From contig NZ_CP074694.1 in the NCBI RefSeq assembly GCF_018398935.1, positions 6,560,642 through 6,592,641 on the forward strand: 32,000 nt of DNA. The letters run 5' to 3'. Source of the stretch: Telmatocola sphagniphila (GTDB taxonomy: Bacteria; Planctomycetota; Planctomycetia; Gemmatales; Gemmataceae). Below the pieces are notes generated by a model that searched no databases, was not told the DNA's origin, and saw only the letters and a list, made by a program, of their open reading frames with translations. Shown piece after piece: positions 24,143-32,000 of the stretch. The number at the start of each line of letters is the position of its first letter. Positions within the stretch are counted from its first letter, which is position 1. A program made the translations under genes and the position numbers.

Positions 24143-25174
24143 ATGAGCGACAGTAGCTTTTATGAGCGATTAGAAAATATCGCCACTTCCAAGCAACTAC
24201 ATCAGATACTCAGAGATCTCAAAAAGGACCATCCTAAGGAAATACAAGTCACTGGGCCAAAAAGTGATCTTGTCCAGAGACTACGGCGCGCTGTAGATGA
24301 CGGGCTTATTCCAATTACAGAAGTTCGTTCATTGCTTCACGAATGCGAAGAAAATGGCCATCAGCATATCTGGTACTATCTGCCAAACTCTGGATCTTTG
24401 AGTTTTTGTAAAAATTTCAAACGATTCGCTAGCCAGTTCGAGGTAAAGAATGAAGTAGATCTTAGCGACTTTCCGAAATTTAAGGTGACACGGGGCAAAC
24501 TGGAATGGGCTGATTTCAGGGAAGAAGAGATTTCCAAGCAAGATAAAGCTGGTAAATGGACGATTAAATTTTACGGCCATGAGGATCGCCACCAATGGGA
24601 TTCTCCACCTATAATTAAAGGCAACACAATAACCCAGCACGGAAAAGTAGTCGACGATTACTACACTGCGGTAGTGAGATGGAATCCGCCTGACATTTTG
24701 GAACTCCGACTCACAATCACGCATAGCAGGGCCAAGTTGCTAGCAAGGCTAGAAGCCATTTGGCAAAAGCTAAGTTTTGGAATTAAGTTTGCAGATTGTA
24801 CTCCGTGGGATCTTTCTGAAGCGAGAAACAATCTTTTTGCGTCTCGTGGCGTTAACTCCAAACGGTACCAAATTTGCACGACTACTATCATAGATCCAAG
24901 CTCAGGAAGTACGTCGTTCTCGCCACGCGACAGCGCAGAGCTTTTAGAAGATGAAAGGGTTAGAGCAGATGCTGTCAAACTTTTTGAACAGAATGGGTGT
25001 AAGCCATCTACGTTCGCAGTGAACTGGTTGGATTTGCCTAATAAAGAACAAACTGAGCTAAGAACGATTATTACCCCTCGTCTTACTCACAATAACGAAA
25101 TCGTGATTACGTCAAAAACTTCTTCTAGTACCGTAGATTATGTCACGCGTGAACTTCGAAAATTTAGCTCATAA
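24143..25174 (+). CDS. cassette gene A: hypothetical protein with SAP-like N-terminal motif
   Basis: 343 aa, low GC. The N-terminus ...SKQLHQILRDLKKDHPKEIQVTGPKSDLVQRLRRAV resembles the SAP helix-extended-helix motif (G.K..L+.RL). The remaining roughly 290 aa have no motif I recognise. Confidence 0.65.
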   Translation: MSDSSFYERLENIATSKQLHQILRDLKKDHPKEIQVTGPKSDLVQRLRRAVDDGLIPITEVRSLLHECEENGHQHIWYYLPNSGSLSFCKNFKRFASQFEVKNEVDLSDFPKFKVTRGKLEWADFREEEISKQDKAGKWTIKFYGHEDRHQWDSPPIIKGNTITQHGKVVDDYYTAVVRWNPPDILELRLTITHSRAKLLARLEAIWQKLSFGIKFADCTPWDLSEARNNLFASRGVNSKRYQICTTTIIDPSSGSTSFSPRDSAELLEDERVRADAVKLFEQNGCKPSTFAVNWLDLPNKEQTELRTIITPRLTHNNEIVITSKTSSSTVDYVTRELRKFSS

Positions 25175-25496
25175 GAAGCCTGAACTCGCCAGCGTTTTCC
25201 GTGAGCTTCAAGCTTGGGTTGATCGCCATCCAAGGACGAATTTTTTGGAGGGTGTTCGACTGACGAAAGAAATGCCTGACTTGGCTATTTCTGATTTGTA
25301 TGCGGCTCTGCTCCTTAGTGTCGAGAGCGGGCTAACTCATCGAGTATTCAAGTTTCGGGACCCTCACGGTCAGCTACTTGATGATGACTTTGAAACGTTG
25401 GATAAAATCCCTGAAACTTTTCCGGATCGCCTACATCAACATTATTATCGACGTGAGGATTGTGATCTGATCTCCGGCTACAAGCTTGAGGGGTAA
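25140..25496 (+). CDS. cassette gene B: hypothetical small protein
   Basis: 118 aa. It overlaps gene A by 35 nt, and its stop overlaps the gene C start (TAATG). An alternative later start exists at 25272. Confidence 0.55.
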   Translation: MSRVNFENLAHKKPELASVFRELQAWVDRHPRTNFLEGVRLTKEMPDLAISDLYAALLLSVESGLTHRVFKFRDPHGQLLDDDFETLDKIPETFPDRLHQHYYRREDCDLISGYKLEG

Positions 25497-26080
25497 TGGA
25501 AGAGTTCCAATTTCCATTCCCTGTACACCTACCTGATGAAATGCACTGTTTCGTCAGAAATTTTCGCGATGCCCTCAGGAACGGAGCAAATCCGTTCACT
25601 CTCAAATTTGATCTAACATCAGAAGCTAGTAAAATGTTTGGTGTTACTTTTTCTCATGACTTCCTGGAAATTCTCTCTCATTTTGAACGGGGTAACATCG
25701 TGGTCAACAACTCAGGATCAGGAAACGTTTCGGTTCAAAAAGCTGGCGGCTCGATGGTAGGAGTCGTTGGCGCAGGCGCGACGGCAGAATTTGGAGACAT
25801 CAATGCTTTTTGTACTTGGATTAAAGACAGTGAAGTGAATGCTGATCTGAAGTCTGCAATTCTTGGCGGTCGAGATGAAATTAATCGTGAAGTAAAAGAC
25901 CCAGAAGAAAAGGAAGCGGTTCTCGAAGCGTACAAGAAACTCGCCGAAGAAGCTGTGAAACAACAGCCTAAACCGAGCGTGTTGAAGACAGCTTGGGGGG
26001 CGATAAAATCGATATTAAGTTTGGGAGAAGCAGTTCCCTGCCTGGTCAAGTTAGGAGAACATCTAGGCTTGCCAATTTAA
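25496..26080 (+). CDS. cassette gene C: hypothetical protein with a Gly-rich segment and a hydrophobic/amphipathic C-terminal tail
   Basis: 194 aa. NNSGSGNVSVQKAGGSMVGVVGAGATAEFGD, then a charged helix (DPEEKEAVLEAYKKLAEEAVKQ), then KTAWGAIKSILSLGEAVPCLVKLGEHLGLPI. Confidence 0.6.
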   Translation: MEEFQFPFPVHLPDEMHCFVRNFRDALRNGANPFTLKFDLTSEASKMFGVTFSHDFLEILSHFERGNIVVNNSGSGNVSVQKAGGSMVGVVGAGATAEFGDINAFCTWIKDSEVNADLKSAILGGRDEINREVKDPEEKEAVLEAYKKLAEEAVKQQPKPSVLKTAWGAIKSILSLGEAVPCLVKLGEHLGLPI

Positions 26081-26262
26081 GCTCACCTTCTTGTTTTCAG
26101 AAGTTAATTTAGATGCGTTCCAGGATTCAATTAATTTATAGAGTCCTGGCTTGCTGTAATTGCAACTCCTTTCTCTAATCTTGTCAAAAAGTTTCAGCCT
26201 GCCCACTTCTCCCCCATCTGCTACCCTCAAGCCTGTGCATAGCTACCGCACGCATAGAAATT

Positions 26263-26907
26263 ATGGCCAAAAAACCGACCAAGCGGCCCCGGAAGGCCGC
26301 GTCCGTGCCCCGTAAACCGCCGCCGCGCAGCGTCCGCCAGGAGGTCCTGGGCGAGCGCCGGCTCGTGGAAATCGCCGAGCTGTACGCCACCGGATTCACG
26401 CAATGGGAAATCGCCGAGCGGTTCGGGCTGAACCAGAGCACCATCTCCCGCGCCCTCGACGATTGCCGCAAAGCCTGGCGGGAAACGTATGCGGCTCAGT
26501 TCAACGAGCGGATCTACACCGAGCTGGCCAAGATCGACGCCCTGGAGATCGAGGCCTGGCGGGCCTACCGCCGCAGCTGCCAGGATCAGAAGCGATCCAA
26601 GATCCGCACGATCGACCAGAAGAAAGAGCAGGCGGTGACCATGGGCTCCCGCGACGGCGAGCCCCGTTATCAGGAGATGGTGCTGAAGTGCATAGATCGA
26701 CGATTGCGATTGCTCGGCCTGGATGCCCCGCAGAAGTTTGCCCCCACCACTCCCGATGGGACCGAGCCTTATGATCAGCTGTCAACGGAGGACCTGATTG
26801 CTCGCCGCCAAGCCATTGTCGAGCGACTCCAGTTCGTCGAGAAAGCAACAGGAGCGCGAGCTGCTGAGGCTCGACCGCGAGCTGCTGATCCGATCCGCAA
26901 GAAGTAA
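26263..26907 (+). CDS. terS: terminase small subunit (HTH type)
   Basis: Basic N-terminus, HTH (GFTQWEIAERFGLNQSTISRAL), then ...ELAKIDALEIEAWRAY...CIDRRLRLLGLDAPQK..., a pattern common to small terminase subunits. It sits directly upstream of TerL. Confidence 0.7.
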   Translation: MAKKPTKRPRKAASVPRKPPPRSVRQEVLGERRLVEIAELYATGFTQWEIAERFGLNQSTISRALDDCRKAWRETYAAQFNERIYTELAKIDALEIEAWRAYRRSCQDQKRSKIRTIDQKKEQAVTMGSRDGEPRYQEMVLKCIDRRLRLLGLDAPQKFAPTTPDGTEPYDQLSTEDLIARRQAIVERLQFVEKATGARAAEARPRAADPIRKK

Positions 26908-28338
26908 CTTCGCGGCGTATGCCACCGCGATCAATCCCTCGACCTACCGCTACGATTGCGATTCCCATTTCTACGGCGATCTCTATTCGCACGTCGATGC
27001 GTTTGCCCACGGCGAGATCCCGCTTCTCATCATCGAGGCCCCCGCCGGCACCGGGAAATCCGAAACGGTCTCGCAGCTGCTGCCCACGTTCCTGGCGGGC
27101 AACTTCCCCAACGATCGCACGATCGCCGCCGCCCACACCGCCAGCCTGGCCGAGGAGCAGGCCCGGGCGGTGAAGATGATCATCGAGCCCGGCATCGAGA
27201 AGGCCGATCCGCTCGATATCCAGTTTTCCGATGTCTTCCCGCATATCAAGCTCGGCTCGTCCCGGACCGGTCGACGCAGTGATCGCACCCGGCAGGATCT
27301 CTTCGATTACTCGGGCTTTCGGGGCGGCTATACCTGCGCCGGCGTGGATGGCCCGATCTCCGGCCGGCGGGCCAAGTGGCTGCTGCTCGATGACCCGATC
27401 AAGGATCGCCTGGCCGCCGACAGCCCGGTGCACCGCGAACACGTTTGGCGATGGTACACCGACGTCTTCCGTCGCCGTGGTACGCCCAACTGGCGGATGT
27501 GCATCGTCTCGACCCGCTGGCACCTCGACGACCTGGTCGGCCGGATTCGCAAGAAAGCGAAGGAGAATCCCAAGGTCCCGCAGCCGGTCGTGCTGACGTT
27601 CCAATCGCTCAAAACGCAAGATCCGCGAATCGAGCCCCGCCCGAACGATAAACGCAAAGAGGGTGAGGCCCTGGTCCCCTGGATCCGCTCGAAAGAGCAA
27701 TTGGAAGAGGAGCGAGCTCTGGAGCCGCGGGCCTTCGCTGCTCTCGACCAGCAGCTCCCGGAGGCCGAAGGCGGCTACGAATTCAACGCCGACTGGTTCG
27801 AGGGGTCCGATCTCTGGTTCGACCAGTTCCCCCGCGGCGACCTCACCTTTACCGGGATTGCCCTCGATCCTTCGCTCGGTCGCAACGCCAAGCACGGCGA
27901 CTACTCGGCGTACGTTCTGCTCGCTTCCGACGATTCTGGTACGCTCTGGGTGGAAGGGGACCTGGCTCGCCGACCGACGACCACCATGGTCGACGATGGG
28001 CTCGACCTGGCTGTTCGCTTTCAGCGTGAGACCGGTCGCTACCTGGATGGCTTTGGCTGTGAGACGGTCGGATTCCAGGAGCTGCTGCAACCGCTGTTCG
28101 ATGCTCCTGGTATGGCCTGGATAACTCGCCGAAAGAGGGCAGCAAGAAAACCCGTATACGCCGTCTGACGCCGTTCCTGCGGGATCGCAAGATCCGCTTT
28201 CGGTCGACACCCGGAACCCGGCTCCTGTTCTCGCAGACGCAAACCTATACGGGCGATGAACGCAATCACGACGATGGGCCGGACGCACTGGAGATGGTGA
28301 TCCGGCTTCGCAACTCGTTCTTACTGGATGCACAATGA
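26798..28338 (+). CDS. terL: terminase large subunit, interrupted by a 1-nt frame disruption near 28109-28113 (possible pseudogene or assembly error)
   Basis: Walker A IIEAPAGTGKS. Walker B KWLLLDDPIKD. Nuclease domain IALDPSLG...GDYSAYVLL. Frame A stops at 28168, but the -1 frame continues ...YGLDNSPKEGSKKTRIRRLTPFLRDRKIRF...NHDDGPDALEMVIRL, the usual TerL C-terminus, ending at TGA 28336-28338 (ATGA overlap with the portal gene). The start codon is uncertain: no in-frame ATG, so TTG 26798/26816. Confidence 0.85.
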
Positions 28339-29933
28339 TTACCACGATCGCTAATGATTCGCCGCCGGAGCTGACGCTCGAAGAGATGCGGGCCGAGCGG
28401 CAGAGATTACTCCAGGAGAAGCGGCTCCGCCAGGAGCGGATCAACGTCCGCAAGCTCCGGCTGCAGGAAAGCTTCGCCCTGGACTACGGCCTCTCCGACC
28501 TGGTGCAGGAGCTCGGCTCGCTGACCACCGATCGGATGAACGTGCTCTCGGGCGGTCGTTACACGCGTCGATCGGACGGCCGCTCCTACCCGCTGATCCA
28601 GGATGAGCGGCAGCTCGGGCTCTATCGCGATGCGTCCCGCATTATGTGCCAGTCGAACGAGTTCGCCGGCGGGCTGGTCGAGGGGGTCTGTGCGTACGTG
28701 GTGGGCGTGGGTTTTAGTTACAACGTCAAGCCCCAGCCCGATTGCTCGGATGTGCCCAAGGAGCTGGTGGAACGCTGCAAGGGCTGGATCCAGGAATTCC
28801 AGACGATGAATCAATGGTTCGGCGAGGAGATGCCGGGCCTGGAGGAGGAGTCGTGCAATCGGCTCGATGAGGATGGAGAGTTCTTCCACGCGTTGTATCA
28901 CGAGATGGACGGGACCACTTACGTGCGAACGGTGGAGCCAGAGTACGTCACCGCCGGCGGCCGGACCTCCGATGAGGAGACGTCGTGGACGTTCGGCATC
29001 CAGAGCCCGAAGCACGATCCGCAGCAGGTGCTAAGCTATAACGTGCAGTGGGGCGATTCGGTCGAGGATGAGGAGCAGATCGACAAGGGCCGCATGATCC
29101 ACTGCCGGATCAATTCACGGCGTACGCTGAAGCGAGGTCTCACCCCCTTCAGCTTCAACACGTATACGCTCTTCTACCAGGCGGCCGTGCTGGCCGATGC
29201 CCTGGTCGACACCGCCGGCCAGCAGGCCAAGATCGTCAGCGTGAAGCAGTTCGCCAACTCCGGACCGAGCGGGATCACGGCGTTCGGAGCCAAGCAAAAC
29301 AAGACGGGCTCGGATGGCCAGCCGGTCGCCTCGAAGCTCCAGAAGGGCCGCAACGAGGTCCTGGGGGCGGGGCAGACTTACCTGGCGGGGCCCATCGCGG
29401 CCAACGGCTCGACGCACCTGGCTATCCTCACCTCAACGCTCCGCTCGGCCGGTCGCAAGTGGAACGCTCCGGACTGGCTGGTCTCCGGCGACCCAGCGGC
29501 GAACACTTATGCGTCGTCCCTCACGGCGGAGAGTCCCTTCGTGCTTTGGGTGAAACGCCGCCAGGCCCTGCTGTCGAGCTGCTTCAAACAAATCGTCTGG
29601 CGGGCTCTGCTGTGGGCGGCTCGCTGCAAGCAGATCTTCGCCGCAGGCCGGATCTGGACGGCCGAGGAGCTGATGGCCCTGATCGTGATCGAGGTGAATG
29701 CTCCCAGCCCGATCGCTCGCGATGCCCTGCAGGCCGCCCAGGCCAATCAGACGGCGATCGCTGCCGGTTGGAAATCGCAACGCATGGCAGCCGAGGAAGA
29801 GGGGATCGATTACGACCAGGTCGTTCGCGACCAGATCCAGCATGAGCAGGACATGATGGGCACCCGGCTCGATCTGAAGCTGCCCGATGATCCTCCGGGC
29901 AATCCGGCGGGAGGCGGCAATGCCTCCGCATAA
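28335..29933 (+). CDS. phage portal protein
   Basis: 532 aa immediately after TerL. ...RIMCQSNEFAGGLVEGVCAYVVGVGFSYNV... resembles the lambda-family portal N-terminal region. Size and position are typical. Confidence 0.8.
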   Translation: MITTIANDSPPELTLEEMRAERQRLLQEKRLRQERINVRKLRLQESFALDYGLSDLVQELGSLTTDRMNVLSGGRYTRRSDGRSYPLIQDERQLGLYRDASRIMCQSNEFAGGLVEGVCAYVVGVGFSYNVKPQPDCSDVPKELVERCKGWIQEFQTMNQWFGEEMPGLEEESCNRLDEDGEFFHALYHEMDGTTYVRTVEPEYVTAGGRTSDEETSWTFGIQSPKHDPQQVLSYNVQWGDSVEDEEQIDKGRMIHCRINSRRTLKRGLTPFSFNTYTLFYQAAVLADALVDTAGQQAKIVSVKQFANSGPSGITAFGAKQNKTGSDGQPVASKLQKGRNEVLGAGQTYLAGPIAANGSTHLAILTSTLRSAGRKWNAPDWLVSGDPAANTYASSLTAESPFVLWVKRRQALLSSCFKQIVWRALLWAARCKQIFAAGRIWTAEELMALIVIEVNAPSPIARDALQAAQANQTAIAAGWKSQRMAAEEEGIDYDQVVRDQIQHEQDMMGTRLDLKLPDDPPGNPAGGGNASA

Positions 29934-30864
29934 CGCTCTCAGCTTCGAGGCGGGCCAGCATAAGGATCAGGAGATCCTGCAGTCGCACATCGACTCCGCG
30001 GCCCGCTCGGTCGATCGAGCGACCCAGGACATCTGGAAGCAACTGATGGGGGTGATCCACTCCGATACCCCGCACTCCTCGGCGATCTATTTCCGAGCCC
30101 TGGCGGAGACCCGGAAGCTGGTCCCGGAGATCTTCTCCGAGCTCACCAAGCAATTCGTCCACCTGGCCGAGCTCTCTCACGATCTCACGCTAAAGGGCCT
30201 CGTCGATCGGCTGCCGCCGCAGTACCAGCGGATCCTGCAGGAGCGGGCCAATGCCGTTCGCAGTATGGTCGGCCAGGCTCTGCCCGGGAACTTGAATCGC
30301 TTCCATCCCTATCGGATCGATGAGCTGACGGGGGAGACGGTCGCCAACGAATTCACGCGTTATTTATTCCGGGCACCCTCGCAGCAGAAGGTCGGCGAGA
30401 TCCTCCGCAAGAGCGGCTGGGAGGGCCGCTTCACTTCGCTCACGAAGATGGGCAAGCCGGAGCAGATGGCCACGATCATCCAGTCGGGATTTTCGCAGGG
30501 CCTGACGCCTCGGGAGATCGCCCGGGAATTGAAACCGATGATGGAGAACGCTTCCGCCTCGGCTCGGCGGGTCGCTCGCACCTTCGGCCAGGAGATCGCT
30601 CACTCGGTCCGCATGGACGCGTACGAGCAGCTCGGCGACCTGTCGGACGGCTACCAGATCCACGCCACCCACGACTCGAATACGCGACCGGAGCACATGC
30701 AAAGAGATGGCCGCAAGTACTGGAAGGATCCGACCAAGGGCCAATACACCACGGCGAAGATGCCCCGCCCGCCGCTGGAGGACGATGGCACGATCGCGCA
30801 TAACTGCCGGTGCTGGTTGTCGGTAATGCTCGCTCCGCTCCGCTCGCTCCGCAAAGCGGCCTGA
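29920..30864 (+). CDS. head morphogenesis / minor capsid protein (SPP1 gp7 / Mu F-like)
   Basis: ATG 29920 preceded by GGGAGG. The C-terminal ...RVARTFGQEIAHSVRMDAYEQLGD...YQIHATHDSNTRPEHMQRDGRKY... matches the MuF-family motif (T.D.rtRp.H..ldG). Confidence 0.75.
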   Translation: MPPHNALSFEAGQHKDQEILQSHIDSAARSVDRATQDIWKQLMGVIHSDTPHSSAIYFRALAETRKLVPEIFSELTKQFVHLAELSHDLTLKGLVDRLPPQYQRILQERANAVRSMVGQALPGNLNRFHPYRIDELTGETVANEFTRYLFRAPSQQKVGEILRKSGWEGRFTSLTKMGKPEQMATIIQSGFSQGLTPREIARELKPMMENASASARRVARTFGQEIAHSVRMDAYEQLGDLSDGYQIHATHDSNTRPEHMQRDGRKYWKDPTKGQYTTAKMPRPPLEDDGTIAHNCRCWLSVMLAPLRSLRKAA

Positions 30865-30913
30865 TTCTCCGGACCGCCCACTCACTTCCGGGCGACTTGT
30901 TACAGTCGTTCCC

Positions 30914-32000
30914 ATGAGTACCACCAAACCCAAAATTCAGCTGCAGGAATCGCTCGGACTGTCCTCCGGAGCCGATGCAGGCAAACGCGTCGACCGCGAG
31001 GCCGGGATCATTTACGACGTCCGGGTGCTCGGTCCGAAGAGCCCCAACTGTCACGGCGTGCGGGGAGTCAGCGAGGGGACTCTTTACACCCGCAAGGCCA
31101 TGGAGGGTTACGTCAAGCTTCTGGAAGGGATGGAGGTCAACGTCCATCACCTGCAGAAGAAAGAGCTCGGTCGCGATCGCAACCTCGACGAGGGGATCGC
31201 CACGCTTCGCAGCGTGCGGATTGTCGACAGCCAGGAGGGGCCGACGATCCGGAGCAACATGCATTACTCGAAGGTCCACGCCTTCACCCCGCTCCTGCTC
31301 GAAAGCTGCGAGCGGGACGATCTCCCCCGGATCGGCCTGTCGCATCACGCGTACCCCGGCGAGTACGAGGTCAAGGATCGTCAGCTGGTGATCCAGTCGA
31401 TCACCTATGCGGAATCGGTCGACCTGGTCCGCAAGCCCGCAACCAATCACACCCTTTTTGAATCGGAGAGAAAACAAGTGGCTGTAATCACCCTGAAATC
31501 CCTGCTGGAATCGCAACGCAAGCGGCTGCTCGCCGCCGGCAAAAAGAAGCCCCTCACCGTGCTGCTGGAAGACATCGGCGATGAGGTGATGGCCACGCCG
31601 GTCGAGGATGTGCCCGAGGATGCCGATGAGGCCCTCGACGCCGGCATCGCCGCCAGCTGTTACGCCGTCATCGATTCCATCATCGACGGCGAGACTGAAG
31701 TCGAAGAGGGCCTGGGCAAGCTCCGGCAGCTCCTGGAGTCGCACGAAGAGCTGACCGGCGAAGGGGGCGGCGATGGGGGCGATGACAACGACGAGGGCGA
31801 CAAGAAGACGGTCACCGAATCGGTGAAGCGGAAGGGCAGCGAGAACGCTCGCCTGGCTTTACTCGAGGCGAAGGAGAAGGTCCGTGAGATGCTCGATGAG
31901 AACGGCGTCACGGCCACGCCGACGCTGGTCGAATCGATCGCTTCGCTGAGCACCGATGCCGCTCGCAAAAAGGCGATCGAGGATCTGAAGACGATGCAGG
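30914..32000 (+). CDS. putative capsid scaffolding / prohead protease-like protein (partial; continues beyond the window)
   Basis: Open from ATG 30914 to the window end, so it is absent from the track. The N-terminal domain (...IIYDVRVLG...MEVNVHHL...LVIQSITYAESVDLVRKPAT) loosely recalls P2 gpO-type scaffold/protease. The C-terminal part is acidic and coiled-coil-like. Its position after portal/MuF fits. The minus-strand ORF 30476-31744 is antisense to it. Confidence 0.4.
   Translation, partial: MSTTKPKIQLQESLGLSSGADAGKRVDREAGIIYDVRVLGPKSPNCHGVRGVSEGTLYTRKAMEGYVKLLEGMEVNVHHLQKKELGRDRNLDEGIATLRSVRIVDSQEGPTIRSNMHYSKVHAFTPLLLESCERDDLPRIGLSHHAYPGEYEVKDRQLVIQSITYAESVDLVRKPATNHTLFESERKQVAVITLKSLLESQRKRLLAAGKKKPLTVLLEDIGDEVMATPVEDVPEDADEALDAGIAASCYAVIDSIIDGETEVEEGLGKLRQLLESHEELTGEGGGDGGDDNDEGDKKTVTESVKRKGSENARLALLEAKEKVREMLDENGVTATPTLVESIASLSTDAARKKAIEDLKTMQ

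Larger units (their letters stand above)
9624..32000. mobile_element. integrated temperate phage (prophage), left end near the tRNA-like site; right end beyond the window
   Basis: Canonical module order: att-like site, tyrosine integrase, regulators, divergent XRE repressor switch, replication genes, TerS, TerL, portal, MuF-like, scaffold/protease-like. GC and gene orientation change sharply relative to the 1-9.4 kb segment. Confidence 0.85.

Noticed and set aside
23980-26086. 7-bp inverted repeat (GTGAGCT at 23980-23986, AGCTCAC at 26080-26086) flanking the low-GC cassette, considered as terminal inverted repeats of a mobile insertion.
   Set aside because: It is too short to distinguish from chance, and I found no target-site duplication or transposase.
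26501-28453. Very long ORFs antisense to annotated genes. Examples: 26501-28453 (-) 650 aa, 30476-31744 (-) 422 aa, 6415-8307 (+) 630 aa, 4999-6315 (+) 438 aa, 2627-3961 (+) 444 aa, 15947-16747 (-), 17162-17854 (-), 21360-21896 (-).
   Set aside because: Each lies opposite an ORF with clear family motifs (TerL, scaffold-like, PVC heme protein, SpeA and others). Their translations are Arg/Pro/Gly-rich low-complexity sequence. Stop-poor antisense frames are expected in GC-rich coding DNA.

Overview
The window has two parts.

(1) Positions 1 to about 9,400 hold ordinary chromosomal genes, all on the minus strand:
- the start of an F0F1 ATP synthase operon (AtpZ-like, AtpI-like and a 3'-truncated subunit a, which is missing from the ORF track because it runs off position 1);
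- biosynthetic arginine decarboxylase speA;
- a DUF4381-like/DUF58 pair;
- a 1453-aa secreted SGNH-hydrolase / PVC-type heme-binding CxxCH / HEAT-repeat protein. This protein suggests a Planctomycetota-like host, which is inference only.

(2) From about 9.6 kb to the window end (and beyond) lies a temperate-phage genome, almost entirely on the plus strand. In order it contains:
- an orphan tRNA-Cys(GCA) 3' half next to a tyrosine integrase;
- small regulators, including a LexA DNA-binding-domain-only protein;
- a ParB-N/DNA methyltransferase fusion;
- a divergent XRE-repressor switch with 14-bp operator repeats and a near-consensus promoter;
- a CsrA-like protein;
- a replication module (organizer protein with an internal iteron cluster, primase-helicase, VRR-NUC nuclease, beta sliding clamp);
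- a RimI-like GNAT;
- TerS, TerL, portal, MuF-like and a scaffold/protease-like gene that runs off the right edge.

The most interesting signals:
- a low-GC, translationally coupled three-gene cassette (24143-26080) with no motifs I recognise, lying between the early and packaging modules. This is a candidate novel prophage-borne defence or accessory system;
- a low-GC operon of repressor plus double-zinc-ribbon membrane protein, arranged like cI-rex;
- a roughly 270-nt untranslated leader ending in a strong terminator-like hairpin, downstream of the early promoter;
- single-nucleotide frame disruptions in both the methyltransferase and TerL.

I saw no rRNA, CRISPR array or IS element. All homology statements come from reading the translations by eye; no database search was run.
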